Source: Escherichia phage BME3
Strand: one strand, 5' to 3'
Sequence record: PP239276.1
Length of the DNA stretch: 64,000 bases
The notes beneath the pieces were generated by a model, which ran no database searches, was not told where the DNA came from, and saw nothing but the letters and a program-made list of their open reading frames with translations. Below, piece by piece: positions 25,823 through 36,245 of this stretch (within the stretch, counting starts at the first letter, position 1; each line of letters starts with the position of its first letter). The position numbers and the translations under genes are program-made.

Positions 25823-26773
25823 ATGATTGCATTTTACGCTAATAAACTGGAAGTTAAAAAAGCAGCAGAAGAGATGGGTATCCTGCATATTCTTAACGAA
25901 GCAATTCACAAGAGTTTTGGTTACACAACTGAAGCAGAAATCAATGATCTGATTCACAGTGTTAATGATTTGTTCTTCTACCCTAACTTCCTACAGCAAT
26001 TAGATGGTTGTGGATTTGAATATATGGAGCTTCATCCTGAATATAAATTTATGGAAGTAACACCTGAAGGTTTTCTGGAGATTATTCGTACTGAATATCT
26101 TGCTAAAGAGGATAAAGAAAAAGATATGGCTGAAAAAGTACAACTGACTGTGCATAATACGTGTTTCCTGGATACTGATGCCACGGAAGAAGATATTAGT
26201 TATCTGCTTTCCGTTTGTAATTCTCGTTGTCCACAACCACATTGGAAAAATGCAGATCATTATCTGATGTATTCAACTGAAGAAAACATTACTTTCTTCG
26301 ATGAAAACAGTGGTATTAATGGTGCACATAAGAATTCTCCATATAGGAAAGATCGGTTTGTAGTTGATGTAAAAACATTTACTAAACTGTTTGAGGAGTA
26401 TTATTCAAAAAATGAAAGTAAGACTGAATCTTCACCAAAACCACGTTTTCGCCGACCGCGTAAACCTGTGCCTACTCGTTCTGTAAGCTATGTTCGTATC
26501 ATTTACACTACGCAGCAGGTATATACTCTTAAGAACGTAAGTGCTCTTACTGTACAAGAAGATGCAATTAATATTGTGCGCAATAATGTTATTACAGAGG
26601 GTATTGAGGAAAAGATTATGTCTGTTATCGATCCTAAACTTGTTATGGCAATCATTATTAATGAACCAAAAGGTGTAACAACATTGTTCCGAAATATTCA
26701 TGGCACTTGGGAAACTCAAGTTGACGGTTTGACTTCTGACGGTTGTACACGTATTACCAAAAACCTTGACTAA
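25823..26773 (+). CDS. hypothetical protein (316 aa)
   Basis: ORF track. Confidence 0.6.
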   Translation: MIAFYANKLEVKKAAEEMGILHILNEAIHKSFGYTTEAEINDLIHSVNDLFFYPNFLQQLDGCGFEYMELHPEYKFMEVTPEGFLEIIRTEYLAKEDKEKDMAEKVQLTVHNTCFLDTDATEEDISYLLSVCNSRCPQPHWKNADHYLMYSTEENITFFDENSGINGAHKNSPYRKDRFVVDVKTFTKLFEEYYSKNESKTESSPKPRFRRPRKPVPTRSVSYVRIIYTTQQVYTLKNVSALTVQEDAINIVRNNVITEGIEEKIMSVIDPKLVMAIIINEPKGVTTLFRNIHGTWETQVDGLTSDGCTRITKNLD

Positions 26774-26820
26774 GATCAAGGACAATCTTACGAAAAAGAT
26801 TTAAAATAAAGATCCACCCT

Positions 26821-26848
26821 AAAGCCAGCTTAATGCTGGCTTTTATTT
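26821..26848 (+). terminator. hairpin terminator aaagccagc-ttaat-gctggcttt
   Basis: T-rich tail; between 25823..26773 and nrdD. Confidence 0.5.
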
Positions 26849-26862
26849 TCCACGGAGGATTA

Positions 26863-28662
26863 ATGACCCAAAAACTATATGAGGATGTAATCGGATTCCT
26901 CGAACAAACATCCGAAGAATTTACTCGTGAAAATGCAAACAAACCTGCAATGATTGTTAATACTCACCGAGATTTACTAGCAGGTATCCTAAGCAAGCAC
27001 ATGGCAATGACCCATATTTTACCTGAAGATTTAGCAGAATGGCATAAAAGTGGGTATGGTCACATCCACGATTTAGATTATTTACTCTCACCTTTAACTA
27101 ATTGTTGCCTGGTAAATTACCAAGATATGCTTGAGAATGGTTTCCGTATTGGTAATGCACATATTGAAAAACCAAAATCTATTGGCGTAGCAACTACTGT
27201 CCTAACTCAAATTATTCAAGCAGTAGCTTCTAGCCAATATGGTGGACAAACTTGTGCACATATTGATACTGGGCTTAGTCAATACGTTAAAGCAAGTTTT
27301 AATAAAATATATGCCGATGTTGGCGATTATGATATTGCTATGCGTATGGTAGATAAACAGGTTTACGATGCAATGCAAACTTTAATCTACCAGGTGAACA
27401 CCCTAATGAGTGTAAATGGTCAGTCACCTTTTATAACAATTAGTTTAGGTTTGGATACCTCTGCTTTTGGTAGAATGATCACTAAAAACTACCTAATGGT
27501 GCACAAACAAGGATTAGGAAAAGATAGGGTAACTCCTGTGTTTCCTAAAGTTATCTTCTTCTTAGAAGATGGTGTTAACATGAAAGCTGGCGATCCAAAC
27601 TATGATTTGAAGCAACTGGCAATGGAGTGTTGTGCTGAACGCATTTATCCTGATTTTATCTCTGTACCTTTAAACAAAGAAGTTACAGGATCTTCAGATG
27701 GTCGCGTCACAAGCATGGGTTGCCGTAGTTTCTTGTCATACTATGCAACAGAGCAAGGTGAAAAGTATGATGGTCGTTTCAACTTAGGTGTAGTTTCTTT
27801 AAACTTACCTATCATTGCAGCAGAGTCCCGTGAAAAAGGCATCTTATTTACTGAACTGTTGGAACAACATATGGAGATGGCGTATAAGGCACATATGCTA
27901 CGTGTTAACCGTATCAGACATACCAAAGCATCTCAAAACCCTACATTGTTTATGGAAGGGGCTTTAGCTCGACTAGAAGCTAATGAAGAGATTGGTAAAC
28001 TATTTGAAGGTGGTTATGCCTCTATTAGTATCGGTTATGTAGGTTTAGCAGAAGCTATGGAAATTTTATACCCAAATAACACCAATCCAAAAGCAATGGG
28101 TAAAAACATCCTTCAATATATGAAGGATATCTGTTGCACATTTAAAGAACGTTCTGGTTTAGCTTTTAGTTTGTATGGAACACCAGCAGAATCCTTGTGC
28201 TATAAATTTGCCAAAGCGTTAAATGATCGCTATCCTGGTTCTATTGATCGTGACTACTTGACAAACTCTTTCCATCAACCTGTATGGATGCACACTACCC
28301 CGTTCCAAAAATGGGATTATGAGGAAGGTTTTGCACAAATTAGTAATGGTGGGAACATAGGTTATGTAGAAACACCAAACCTTAAAAATAACTTGCAAGC
28401 ACTGGAAACTCTTGTAGATTATGCCTACAACAAAATTCCTTACTTTGGCGTGAACCAACCTGTAGATCAGTGTTTCAAATGTGGTTTTCATGGTGAATTT
28501 AAGGCAACAGCTAAAGGCTTCGAGTGTCCAAGTTGTGGTAATCATGAAGAAGAATCTATATCTGTGATCAGAAGAGTGTCAGGATACCTTTCTGCCCCTA
28601 ACTCTCGCCCTTATAATAAAGGTAAAATGCAAGAGGTACTAGAAAGGGAGAAACACTTTTGA
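26863..28662 (+). CDS. nrdD: anaerobic ribonucleoside-triphosphate reductase (class III)
   Basis: C-terminal Zn ribbon CFKCGF...CPSCGN and glycyl-radical motif RRVSGYL; start trimmed to ATG 26863 with RBS ggagga. Confidence 0.85.
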   Translation: MTQKLYEDVIGFLEQTSEEFTRENANKPAMIVNTHRDLLAGILSKHMAMTHILPEDLAEWHKSGYGHIHDLDYLLSPLTNCCLVNYQDMLENGFRIGNAHIEKPKSIGVATTVLTQIIQAVASSQYGGQTCAHIDTGLSQYVKASFNKIYADVGDYDIAMRMVDKQVYDAMQTLIYQVNTLMSVNGQSPFITISLGLDTSAFGRMITKNYLMVHKQGLGKDRVTPVFPKVIFFLEDGVNMKAGDPNYDLKQLAMECCAERIYPDFISVPLNKEVTGSSDGRVTSMGCRSFLSYYATEQGEKYDGRFNLGVVSLNLPIIAAESREKGILFTELLEQHMEMAYKAHMLRVNRIRHTKASQNPTLFMEGALARLEANEEIGKLFEGGYASISIGYVGLAEAMEILYPNNTNPKAMGKNILQYMKDICCTFKERSGLAFSLYGTPAESLCYKFAKALNDRYPGSIDRDYLTNSFHQPVWMHTTPFQKWDYEEGFAQISNGGNIGYVETPNLKNNLQALETLVDYAYNKIPYFGVNQPVDQCFKCGFHGEFKATAKGFECPSCGNHEEESISVIRRVSGYLSAPNSRPYNKGKMQEVLEREKHF

Positions 28663-29129
28663 ATTACGCCGGATATGAACCTGTTGACATGCTCAACGGT
28701 GACGGTGTAAGATGCTCTTTGTGGGTGAGCGGTTGTAGCCACGGTTGCCGTGGCTGCTTTAACCAGAAAGCCTGGTCGTATAACTACGGACAAGAGTTCA
28801 CTGCTGAAACATTAGATCTTATCTTGGAAGATTTATCTAGACCTTTCATTAAAGGATTAACAGTTTTAGGTGGTGAACCTCTTGACAAAGAGAACATTGA
28901 CACTGTAGAGTATGTTCTTGAGAAGGTAAGAGATTGTTTTGGAAACAAAAAAGATATTGTCTTATATACAGGATATCTTTTTGAGGAAATTCCAGAAAAA
29001 ATTAAAAAACTGGTTGACATAGTGATAGATGGTAAGTATGATATGAATCAACCAACAACGAAACGTTATAGAGGTTCAGATAATCAACGAATGTGGATTA
29101 AGAAAGACAACATTTGGGAATCTGACTAA
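28659..29129 (+). CDS. nrdG: anaerobic RNR activating protein (radical SAM)
   Basis: N-terminus MNYAGYEPVD..NGDGVRCSLWVSGCSHGCRGC closely mirrors E. coli NrdG; TTG start overlapping nrdD stop. Confidence 0.85.
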   Translation: MNYAGYEPVDMLNGDGVRCSLWVSGCSHGCRGCFNQKAWSYNYGQEFTAETLDLILEDLSRPFIKGLTVLGGEPLDKENIDTVEYVLEKVRDCFGNKKDIVLYTGYLFEEIPEKIKKLVDIVIDGKYDMNQPTTKRYRGSDNQRMWIKKDNIWESD

Positions 29130-29149
29130 ATTAAATAGAGGAGAAAACT

Positions 29150-30310
29150 ATGTTTACAGTATTCGGCAATCAAATCTTCCTGCGTCAGAAGTCTGGTACA
29201 GATATTGAAGAAATTCCAGCAGGAACTTTTGGTGTAGGTGTTACTCAAAGTGGTGAGTTCTTCCTATATCCTAAAAACGATATGGAAGTCCCTTCAGTAA
29301 CATACGGTGATACTGATGATAAATCAGAACGTATTATCAAGACGTTCCTTAGCCGCAAAGGTAAAAACACAGGTGTTCTCCTTGAGGGTACGAAAGGTAG
29401 CGGTAAAACTTTGCAAGCTAAAATGCTGTCTTCTGCTCTTCGTGAAATGGGTATTCCTACTATTTCTATCGGTAGTGCTTTTAATGGTGAAGGCTTTATC
29501 AATTTTATGTCTAAAATCACACAACCTGTGATGATTATGATCGATGAATTTGATAAACTGTATGCTGAAAAAGATGCACAAGATGGTTTGCTTACCCTGC
29601 TGGATGGTGTTGGTGGCTACGACAAGCTGTTTGTATTGACTAAAAATGATGGTTATGTATCAGAATTTTTGCGTAATCGTCCTAGCCGTATTTTCTACAG
29701 CTTTAGCTATAAGAAACTACCTAAAGCTACTATGGATGACTATCTGGCTAAAAATCTGGAGAACAAAGCCTTTTTACCAGATTTTGAAACGCTTTATAAT
29801 CTCTCCGTGGATTTGAACTTTGATATTGTTCAGTCATTAGTAGAAGAACTTAACCGTTACCCTAATGACAAATTCTCTGATGCACTTGCATTGATGGGTA
29901 TCAGTATTACTGAACACCGCTATGCTGCAAAAGAGGTTAAACTTCTGAAAGTTAACGGTGTAGATCGTACAGGAGATGTTTCGTCAGATACCGATATTGA
30001 CGGTATGACAGCACAAGGTTTGTTTAGCGGTAATCGTTATGTTGTAGCTGTAGACCATAAACTAGGTGAAGAGCATCTTCCTGAAATGGAAGGGATTGTT
30101 ACCGTAGAAGATAAAGATGAAGAAGGTGACTACTACTGGGGTGTAGACCGTATCTTGCTAACGTATGATGAAAAACACATTCGTACAATGGGTGGTGACG
30201 GCTATCACTTTATGTTCACCGATGATAAAGGTAACAACATTGAAGTTGTTATTAAAAACAAAGAACGTAAAAACTACACAGAGTATGTGTTTGGTGGTCG
30301 TTCTTACTAA
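29150..30310 (+). CDS. classic-clade AAA ATPase (paralog B)
   Basis: GTKGSGKT, MIDEFDK, LLTLLDG, FVLTKN; collinear with 14044..15171. Confidence 0.7.
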   Translation: MFTVFGNQIFLRQKSGTDIEEIPAGTFGVGVTQSGEFFLYPKNDMEVPSVTYGDTDDKSERIIKTFLSRKGKNTGVLLEGTKGSGKTLQAKMLSSALREMGIPTISIGSAFNGEGFINFMSKITQPVMIMIDEFDKLYAEKDAQDGLLTLLDGVGGYDKLFVLTKNDGYVSEFLRNRPSRIFYSFSYKKLPKATMDDYLAKNLENKAFLPDFETLYNLSVDLNFDIVQSLVEELNRYPNDKFSDALALMGISITEHRYAAKEVKLLKVNGVDRTGDVSSDTDIDGMTAQGLFSGNRYVVAVDHKLGEEHLPEMEGIVTVEDKDEEGDYYWGVDRILLTYDEKHIRTMGGDGYHFMFTDDKGNNIEVVIKNKERKNYTEYVFGGRSY

Positions 30311-30316
30311 GTGATA

Positions 30317-30345
30317 AAAGGAGGCGAAAGCCTCCTTTATTTATA
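30317..30345 (+). terminator. terminator aaaggaggc-gaaa-gcctccttt plus T-tract
   Basis: Follows stop of AAA paralog B. Confidence 0.6.
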
Positions 30346-30356
30346 TGGAGGGTATT

Positions 30357-30548
30357 ATGGATCATTATTTTGTTTTTAAAGATAAAGTTGATACCGCAGG
30401 TGGTCACGTTGCTAAAAATGATCGTGACATTAAAGAAGTATTAGGAGATCTGATTAACATTTTAGAACAAAAAGAGTTGCTTTTAGATAAGGATATTGCT
30501 AGACTTCTTGGTGTGGGGATAAGTGACATACAAAGATTACCATTCTAA
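30357..30548 (+). CDS. small putative HTH protein
   Basis: ORF track trimmed to MDHYFVF; C-terminal DKDIARLLGVGISDIQRL looks HTH-like. Confidence 0.4.
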   Translation: MDHYFVFKDKVDTAGGHVAKNDRDIKEVLGDLINILEQKELLLDKDIARLLGVGISDIQRLPF

Positions 30549-30559
30549 AGGGGAAGAAA

Positions 30560-30715
30560 ATGCTTACAGATGATGAATATAAAGCTATCCAAGAAAAACT
30601 AACGGAGCTTGAAATTCTTGCTGTCAATATTAAAGATCAATCACATGCTGGAAAGTTACTACATCAAGAGATCAATAAAATTAAGCAGATGATATTCTTT
30701 TGGACGGAGGATTAA
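30560..30715 (+). CDS. possible 51-aa protein
   Basis: Hand-translated; RBS aaagggg. Confidence 0.3.
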   Translation: MLTDDEYKAIQEKLTELEILAVNIKDQSHAGKLLHQEINKIKQMIFFWTED

Positions 30716-30717
30716 AA

Positions 30718-31374
30718 ATGACTGTTAAGCATATTTCTTTTGATGTATGGAATACTCTTATTACTGCTAATCCTTTGTATGCAGAAGAACGCAACAAGGT
30801 TATTGCCGAGTATGCCTCTTGTTCTGAGGTAGAAGCAGCTACCGTATATAAAGAGGTAAAAACTCTCCTGGATTTAAAAGCAGAAAAAGGCATTTGTGGA
30901 ACATCTAGAAATGCTTGGGAAACACTTTCTGCTCATTTGAACATTGATCTTGATAAGGTGGATGGGTTAAAAAGAGATTGTTTGGCAATGTTTATAAAAC
31001 ATCCTCCAACGTTGAATCCTGAACTTTGCAAGAAGTTGGAAGAGCTAAGTTCAACCTACTCTTTGAGTATTAAAAGCAATACCAATTTTGTACCTGGCAG
31101 TTTCTTAGCTGTATATTCTGGCTTGACAAAATTACCATTCGATTTTATGCATTTTTCTGATGAGTTTTGCTTGTGTAAACCAGATCCCAGGTTTTTTAAA
31201 CTCTCTTTTGATGAAATGGTAACGTTTGATCTCGCACCAGAGGAGATTTTACACGTTGGAGATAGTTTGATCTATGATGGAAAAGCTGTTGACATAGGGA
31301 TGAAGTTCTGTCATATTATTAATCCAGAAGACTTGTTGGCTAAACTTAAAAAAGAGGAACTTATTAATGCGTAA
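30718..31374 (+). CDS. HAD-superfamily phosphatase
   Basis: N-terminal ISFDVWNTLI matches HAD motif I (DxDxT-type); start trimmed to ATG 30718. Confidence 0.6.
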   Translation: MTVKHISFDVWNTLITANPLYAEERNKVIAEYASCSEVEAATVYKEVKTLLDLKAEKGICGTSRNAWETLSAHLNIDLDKVDGLKRDCLAMFIKHPPTLNPELCKKLEELSSTYSLSIKSNTNFVPGSFLAVYSGLTKLPFDFMHFSDEFCLCKPDPRFFKLSFDEMVTFDLAPEEILHVGDSLIYDGKAVDIGMKFCHIINPEDLLAKLKKEELINA

Positions 31375-32224
31375 TCAAATTCAACATTTTGCTAATACTT
31401 TTACTAACCTGAAGGAAGCAAAATTTAACATTGCAGATTATTCCAAACTGAAGTTTGGTAGTAACCAGGCAGCAAAAAGAATGGGGCGCATTTTGGCTGA
31501 AAGTTTCTTTTCCAAGTATGAAGAACGACTGGTAAATGAAAGTTTTGTTGTTATTCCATCTCCATATAACTATGTGAAAAATGCAGCTACAATGTTATCT
31601 GAACATTTTGCAGATCACCTCAACTACCTAATCTCTATCAAAGGAGGTAAAGCAGTGGAGTGGGATATCGTTCATCGTAAAGTGAGCTATATCAATGATT
31701 ATGGATTTCTTAGCAAAGAAGATCGTAAGGCTTTGATCGATGGTGACACTTTCTCTATCAACCGTGATTTCTGGAGTAATAAAACTCTGATTTTCATTGA
31801 TGATGTTAATATTACAGGAACGCACGAAGAAAAACTTATTGAAATTTTAGACAAAGAAGGTGTTGAAAACGATACGTTTTTCCTGTACTTTGCAAAGTAT
31901 GAAGGTACAGAAGCCAATACCGAAGCTGCACTTAACTTCAACTATATCAATAATCTGGCAGCTTTTATTAAAATGATTAAGCAAGAAACTGATGCTAAAT
32001 GTTTGGTTCGTCCTATTAAGTATCTAATGAGTCAAAGCGAAGTTGATTTTAAAATTGCACTTTCACAACTTCCTTTGTATTATGTAGAACAACTGTTCTT
32101 TGGTTGCCTTGCAGAAGGTTACAATAACATTGAAAAATACAAAGAGAACTTTGATTTCCTACGTCAATTTTTTGAAAGCAATATTATCGACAAATCTAAT
32201 GTTAAAGGGGATTATTATGTCTAA
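31367..32224 (+). CDS. type I phosphoribosyltransferase (PRTase)
   Basis: PRPP-binding motif TLIFIDDVNITGTHEE. Confidence 0.6.
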   Translation: MRNQIQHFANTFTNLKEAKFNIADYSKLKFGSNQAAKRMGRILAESFFSKYEERLVNESFVVIPSPYNYVKNAATMLSEHFADHLNYLISIKGGKAVEWDIVHRKVSYINDYGFLSKEDRKALIDGDTFSINRDFWSNKTLIFIDDVNITGTHEEKLIEILDKEGVENDTFFLYFAKYEGTEANTEAALNFNYINNLAAFIKMIKQETDAKCLVRPIKYLMSQSEVDFKIALSQLPLYYVEQLFFGCLAEGYNNIEKYKENFDFLRQFFESNIIDKSNVKGDYYV

Positions 32225-32933
32225 TAAAGTAATGACTTTCGGAGATCCTATTACCAATATTACAGAAAAAGATTTTGGGCGCGTAGCAACAGATAAAGAT
32301 GGTGTCTTAAGAATTCGTGTACAAGGCATTACAGCACAGGATGAATATGCTGTGTATGTTTCAGGTCTTAACTATATTGATGATCGCATTACACAAAACT
32401 TTGCACTGATCGGTGGTGTAGAGAAAATGTACTGGGAAGATGAAATTGTAACAAGTTATCCAGCAGGTATCATTGAGGTATACGGTGATCTTTTAGCAGC
32501 AGCCGAGAGAGGCGATATAGACGCTATAGCACACTGCTGTAACTGTTTTTGCACTATGGGTAGTGGTATTGCACCAAAAATTAAAAGCAAGTGGCCTGGT
32601 GCGTTTAAAGCAGATTGTGCCACTACACGTGGTGATTATAAAAAATTAGGTACGTTTACCAAATATACAGAAAACAATTTGACAATTTATAATTTATATG
32701 GACAATATGGTTATAGTCGTCGTGAGGAAGGTAAGCGTGACCTGAATTATGAAGCTATCTACAATGCGCTAGATAGTATGGGAGACGATGTTGTATCTTC
32801 AGGCGGTAAAATTGTAGGTTTACCAATGCTTGGTTGTGGTTTGGCTGGAGGTTCTTGGAATATTGTAAAACTTATGATCGAAGAAACTCTAGTAAACAAA
32901 GGTTTAAATGTAATTGTTTACAAACTGAAATAA
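32217..32933 (+). CDS. macro-domain protein (putative ADP-ribose binding/hydrolase)
   Basis: GDIDAIAHCCNCFCTMGSGIA and GLPMLGCGLAGGSW resemble the two macro-domain glycine-rich motifs; start trimmed to ATG 32217. Confidence 0.5.
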   Translation: MSNKVMTFGDPITNITEKDFGRVATDKDGVLRIRVQGITAQDEYAVYVSGLNYIDDRITQNFALIGGVEKMYWEDEIVTSYPAGIIEVYGDLLAAAERGDIDAIAHCCNCFCTMGSGIAPKIKSKWPGAFKADCATTRGDYKKLGTFTKYTENNLTIYNLYGQYGYSRREEGKRDLNYEAIYNALDSMGDDVVSSGGKIVGLPMLGCGLAGGSWNIVKLMIEETLVNKGLNVIVYKLK

Positions 32934-32942
32934 GGAGAAAGT

Positions 32943-33149
32943 ATGGCAGGTGTTTTAGCAGTATTAGGTTGTTTTATTGTTGTGTTCTTGATTGTGTTAA
33001 TCCCTAGTTGGCTACTGCTTTTAGCATACAACTATATGATTGACATTATCGGCTTAGACTGGCATCATGTTCCTGTAACGTTTTGGAGTGTAGTCTGTGT
33101 GACGTTCATTCTTGCGGTACTCCGTGGTATCTTTCAATCTAACAAATAA
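32943..33149 (+). CDS. small membrane protein (68 aa)
   Basis: ORF track; two hydrophobic helices. Confidence 0.5.
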   Translation: MAGVLAVLGCFIVVFLIVLIPSWLLLLAYNYMIDIIGLDWHHVPVTFWSVVCVTFILAVLRGIFQSNK

Positions 33150-33163
33150 GAGAGGATCTTTAT

Positions 33164-33412
33164 ATGCGTAAAGTAAATGTTGAAGTGCTTGAAAAATTTA
33201 TAAACACCCGTGATTGTACTATCGGCAAGGTTTACGAGGCTATTCTCATTGAAGATGGGGATGAAGTTCCTGCCCCGTATCATGCCTTTAACGGTCAGGT
33301 TAGCAAAGTGGAAGGTGGTCTTGCTATTTGCTTTATTGATGATGTAGGTGATGCTGTAGCTTTCCCTATCATTAACAAAGAAGATAAACTTAAAATTACA
33401 GAACTGAACTAG
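33164..33412 (+). CDS. hypothetical protein (82 aa)
   Basis: ORF track. Confidence 0.5.
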   Translation: MRKVNVEVLEKFINTRDCTIGKVYEAILIEDGDEVPAPYHAFNGQVSKVEGGLAICFIDDVGDAVAFPIINKEDKLKITELN

Positions 33413-33489
33413 TTGACTTTCTTTAAAAACAGTTTATAGTATAAGACATAGAGCGGAGGATTGTCCTCCGCATTAAAGAGGAGAAAAGA

Positions 33490-34467
33490 ATGCAACTGGG
33501 TTTCCCAATTATTGATGTGGTTGTTTTAGTGGGTATTTTAGTGTTGTCGATTTGTATTGATTTCTTTGGACACAGAGAAAACAAAGAAATTTCATTTAAA
33601 TCTGCAATTGGTTGGTCAATTTTCTGGATTGGGGTATCATTAGCCTACTATGGTTTTGTATACTTCCAACACGGTGCTGATTTTGCGAGCTTGTTTTTGA
33701 GTGGGTATGTGTTGGAGAAATCTCTTTCTGTAGATAACTTAGTAGTATTTGTGGCAGTATTCGCAAGTTTTGGTATTAAAAGCACACACTTGCAACACAA
33801 GATTCTACTTTGGGGTATTGCAGGTGCGATTGTCTTCCGAGGTGTGTTTGTAGCAGTAGGCACTTACTTGTTGAGTTTGGGCTGGTATGTTAATATCTTC
33901 TTCGGTGCGGTCATCCTTTTCTGTGCAGCTAAAATGGTATTCGCTGGAGATAATGACGCAGAAGTTGATTACTCTAAACACTGGGCTACTCGCATTGTTC
34001 GTAAACTGTTCCCTGTATCTGATCAGATGGATGGCGAGAAGTTCTTCACAATCAAAAATGGTGTTCGTGTAGCAACTCCGGCTCTGGTTTGTGTGTTTGT
34101 AATGGAAATGGTTGACGTAATCTTTGCAGTAGACTCTGTTCCAGCAGTAATTGCAGTGACACAAGAACCTCTGCTTGTATTTTCTTCAATGCTGTGTGCA
34201 ATTTTAGGTTTACGTGCTCTGTTCTTTGTCCTTAGTGTTGCACTGAAATATTTGGTTCATCTGGAGAAAGCAGTTATCGTAGTCCTGGTATTTGTGGGTG
34301 TAAAACTGATGTATCACCCGTTTGCAGAAACTCTGCACGCAAAAGTGAGTTTCCTGCCAGCACACATTGATCCGACGATCAGTATGTATATTGTGTTAGG
34401 TACTCTGGGGCTGGGTGTTATTGCAAGTTTAATCTTCCCTGAAAAAGAAGACCAAGCTGTTGCTTAA
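33490..34467 (+). CDS. terC: TerC-family integral membrane protein
   Basis: Signature EKSLSVDNLVVF and multiple TM helices. Confidence 0.8.
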   Translation: MQLGFPIIDVVVLVGILVLSICIDFFGHRENKEISFKSAIGWSIFWIGVSLAYYGFVYFQHGADFASLFLSGYVLEKSLSVDNLVVFVAVFASFGIKSTHLQHKILLWGIAGAIVFRGVFVAVGTYLLSLGWYVNIFFGAVILFCAAKMVFAGDNDAEVDYSKHWATRIVRKLFPVSDQMDGEKFFTIKNGVRVATPALVCVFVMEMVDVIFAVDSVPAVIAVTQEPLLVFSSMLCAILGLRALFFVLSVALKYLVHLEKAVIVVLVFVGVKLMYHPFAETLHAKVSFLPAHIDPTISMYIVLGTLGLGVIASLIFPEKEDQAVA

Positions 34468-34473
34468 TTCATT

Positions 34474-34495
34474 AAGCCCCTTCGGGGGCTTTGTT
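34474..34495 (+). terminator. hairpin aagcccc-ttcg-ggggctt after terC
   Basis: GC stem with tetraloop; weak T-tract. Confidence 0.45.
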
Positions 34496-34506
34496 GAGGT
34501 GATCTG

Positions 34507-34713
34507 ATGGTGGTTTTACGTGTTCTTTGGATTCTGTTTGAAAATATTTGTTTTGCTCTAGGGTTGTTTTGTTTGATTTTTATCTTGACAACATATATTG
34601 ATAACCATACAATTACTATCAACAGGAACGGAGAACAGATGTATTGTTTCTCTAGGGATTTTAAAAATTGTGTTGAGACTTTAAATGAGAGGGTTACAAA
34701 TGAAAAACATTAA
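34507..34713 (+). CDS. small membrane protein (68 aa)
   Basis: ORF track. Confidence 0.4.
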   Translation: MVVLRVLWILFENICFALGLFCLIFILTTYIDNHTITINRNGEQMYCFSRDFKNCVETLNERVTNEKH

Positions 34714-35290
34714 ATCTTTTATTGTTGCAGTTGTTTTAGGTAGTGCATTGTTGGTAGGTTGTGATGATTCTGAAAATGTACAAAACCAACGTTACCAACA
34801 AACACCAAATCAGATGGTAGATGAACAATATGTAAATCAACCTGCACCTCAAGTTGTTCAAGCAGCACCTGCACAACCTTCAACAGTTGTTGTGCAAGGA
34901 GGCGGTAGTGGTTCTTCTGGCGTAGGTGAGTTTGCTACAGGTATGCTTCTTGGTCATATGTTGAGTGGTAATAGTGGCGGTGGTGGTTATAGGGATGGTG
35001 GTAGCAGCACAACAATTATTAATAACAACGCTGCTCCTACAACTAACAATAAAGCATATACAACACAAAAGCATAGTTTTTATGATAAACAAGGAAATAC
35101 ATATACAACCACTAAACAAAACACAATTAAGCAGCAAAGTGTACAAACGTATTCACGCCCATCAACAACAAAAGTGAATAGTGATTACTCTGCTCGTAAG
35201 TCTTACTCAAGTCCTATTAGCTCTTATAGTAAGTCTTCGAAAAGTTATTCTTCGTCGAAACGTAGTTTTAGTAGCTCACGTCGTCGTTAA
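34700..35290 (+). CDS. lipoprotein with Ser/Tyr-rich C-terminal low-complexity tail
   Basis: MKNIKSFIVAVVLGSALLVGC lipobox; tail SYSSPISSYSKSSKSYSSSKRSFSSSRRR; start trimmed to 34700. Confidence 0.6.
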   Translation: MKNIKSFIVAVVLGSALLVGCDDSENVQNQRYQQTPNQMVDEQYVNQPAPQVVQAAPAQPSTVVVQGGGSGSSGVGEFATGMLLGHMLSGNSGGGGYRDGGSSTTIINNNAAPTTNNKAYTTQKHSFYDKQGNTYTTTKQNTIKQQSVQTYSRPSTTKVNSDYSARKSYSSPISSYSKSSKSYSSSKRSFSSSRRR

Positions 35291-35325
35291 TAATTTAATA
35301 CAGATTAAACAAGAAGGAGAAACAG

Positions 35326-36177
35326 ATGAAACTAGAAGTTGGTAAAGTGTATCGCCTGGAAGGTTGGATCTTTAATCAAGAAATTCTTGAGAAGAATAAA
35401 GATGGTTTTGAGTTTGTTGGTACTACCCAGGAAAGTATGCACGATGATGAATACTGTAAATTCGTTGGTAAAAATACAGGTCAAGAACAATTTTGCTTTA
35501 AGAGCGCAATCGGTGATTATGCTTCTGTAATGCCAACACCAGAAAAAACTCCGAAGCAATATACTGTCTTTGGTGTAAAACTTGAAGAACTTGTAGAACA
35601 CCCACGTTTTGAAGAGTTCAAGGTTGCTGCAATGTGCAAGCATTCTGAAATTAAAATACATAATTTGTTTGATTTAGAAGATCGGTTTGATATCTTTATG
35701 TATGATCGCAGGGAAAAGCATTTTGATGCAACGACTTCAAAATTTGCTGCAACAGAGGATATTAAAATTCTTGATGTTGATACCTTTCTTCAGAATGTAT
35801 CGTTTGTATTCATTCCTAAGTACAAAAAACGTAGTGATCATAAACGTGTGAAAGGAACTCCTCGTAAGAAACGTACTGTAAACAAAGCAACTTTGCACTT
35901 CACTTCTGGTGATAAGTATACTCTCAAAGGGTTTGAAAGTGTTTTGTATGATGCTGGAACGGGTAATATCAAGTTTATCATTAAGGCAACCTACAAAGGT
36001 ACGGTATTACACGAAGAGGCTGTTACACTACCTGTATTCGATATCTCTCGTGTTGAGGTACGGGGTGTTAAAGAGTCCTTCGATCTGGATTTCTTAACCA
36101 CTAATGCTACTGGTTATGTTAATCTGGAAGCAGATGGGGCGTTTATTACTACAAATTATTTAGATATGTTTGTTTAA
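35326..36177 (+). CDS. hypothetical protein (283 aa)
   Basis: ORF track. Confidence 0.6.
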   Translation: MKLEVGKVYRLEGWIFNQEILEKNKDGFEFVGTTQESMHDDEYCKFVGKNTGQEQFCFKSAIGDYASVMPTPEKTPKQYTVFGVKLEELVEHPRFEEFKVAAMCKHSEIKIHNLFDLEDRFDIFMYDRREKHFDATTSKFAATEDIKILDVDTFLQNVSFVFIPKYKKRSDHKRVKGTPRKKRTVNKATLHFTSGDKYTLKGFESVLYDAGTGNIKFIIKATYKGTVLHEEAVTLPVFDISRVEVRGVKESFDLDFLTTNATGYVNLEADGAFITTNYLDMFV

Positions 36178-36245
36178 TACTTAATTTGTGTTATGATGGT
36201 GGTACAGAGGTATCACCATCTACTAAAGAATATGGAGGAAATTGA

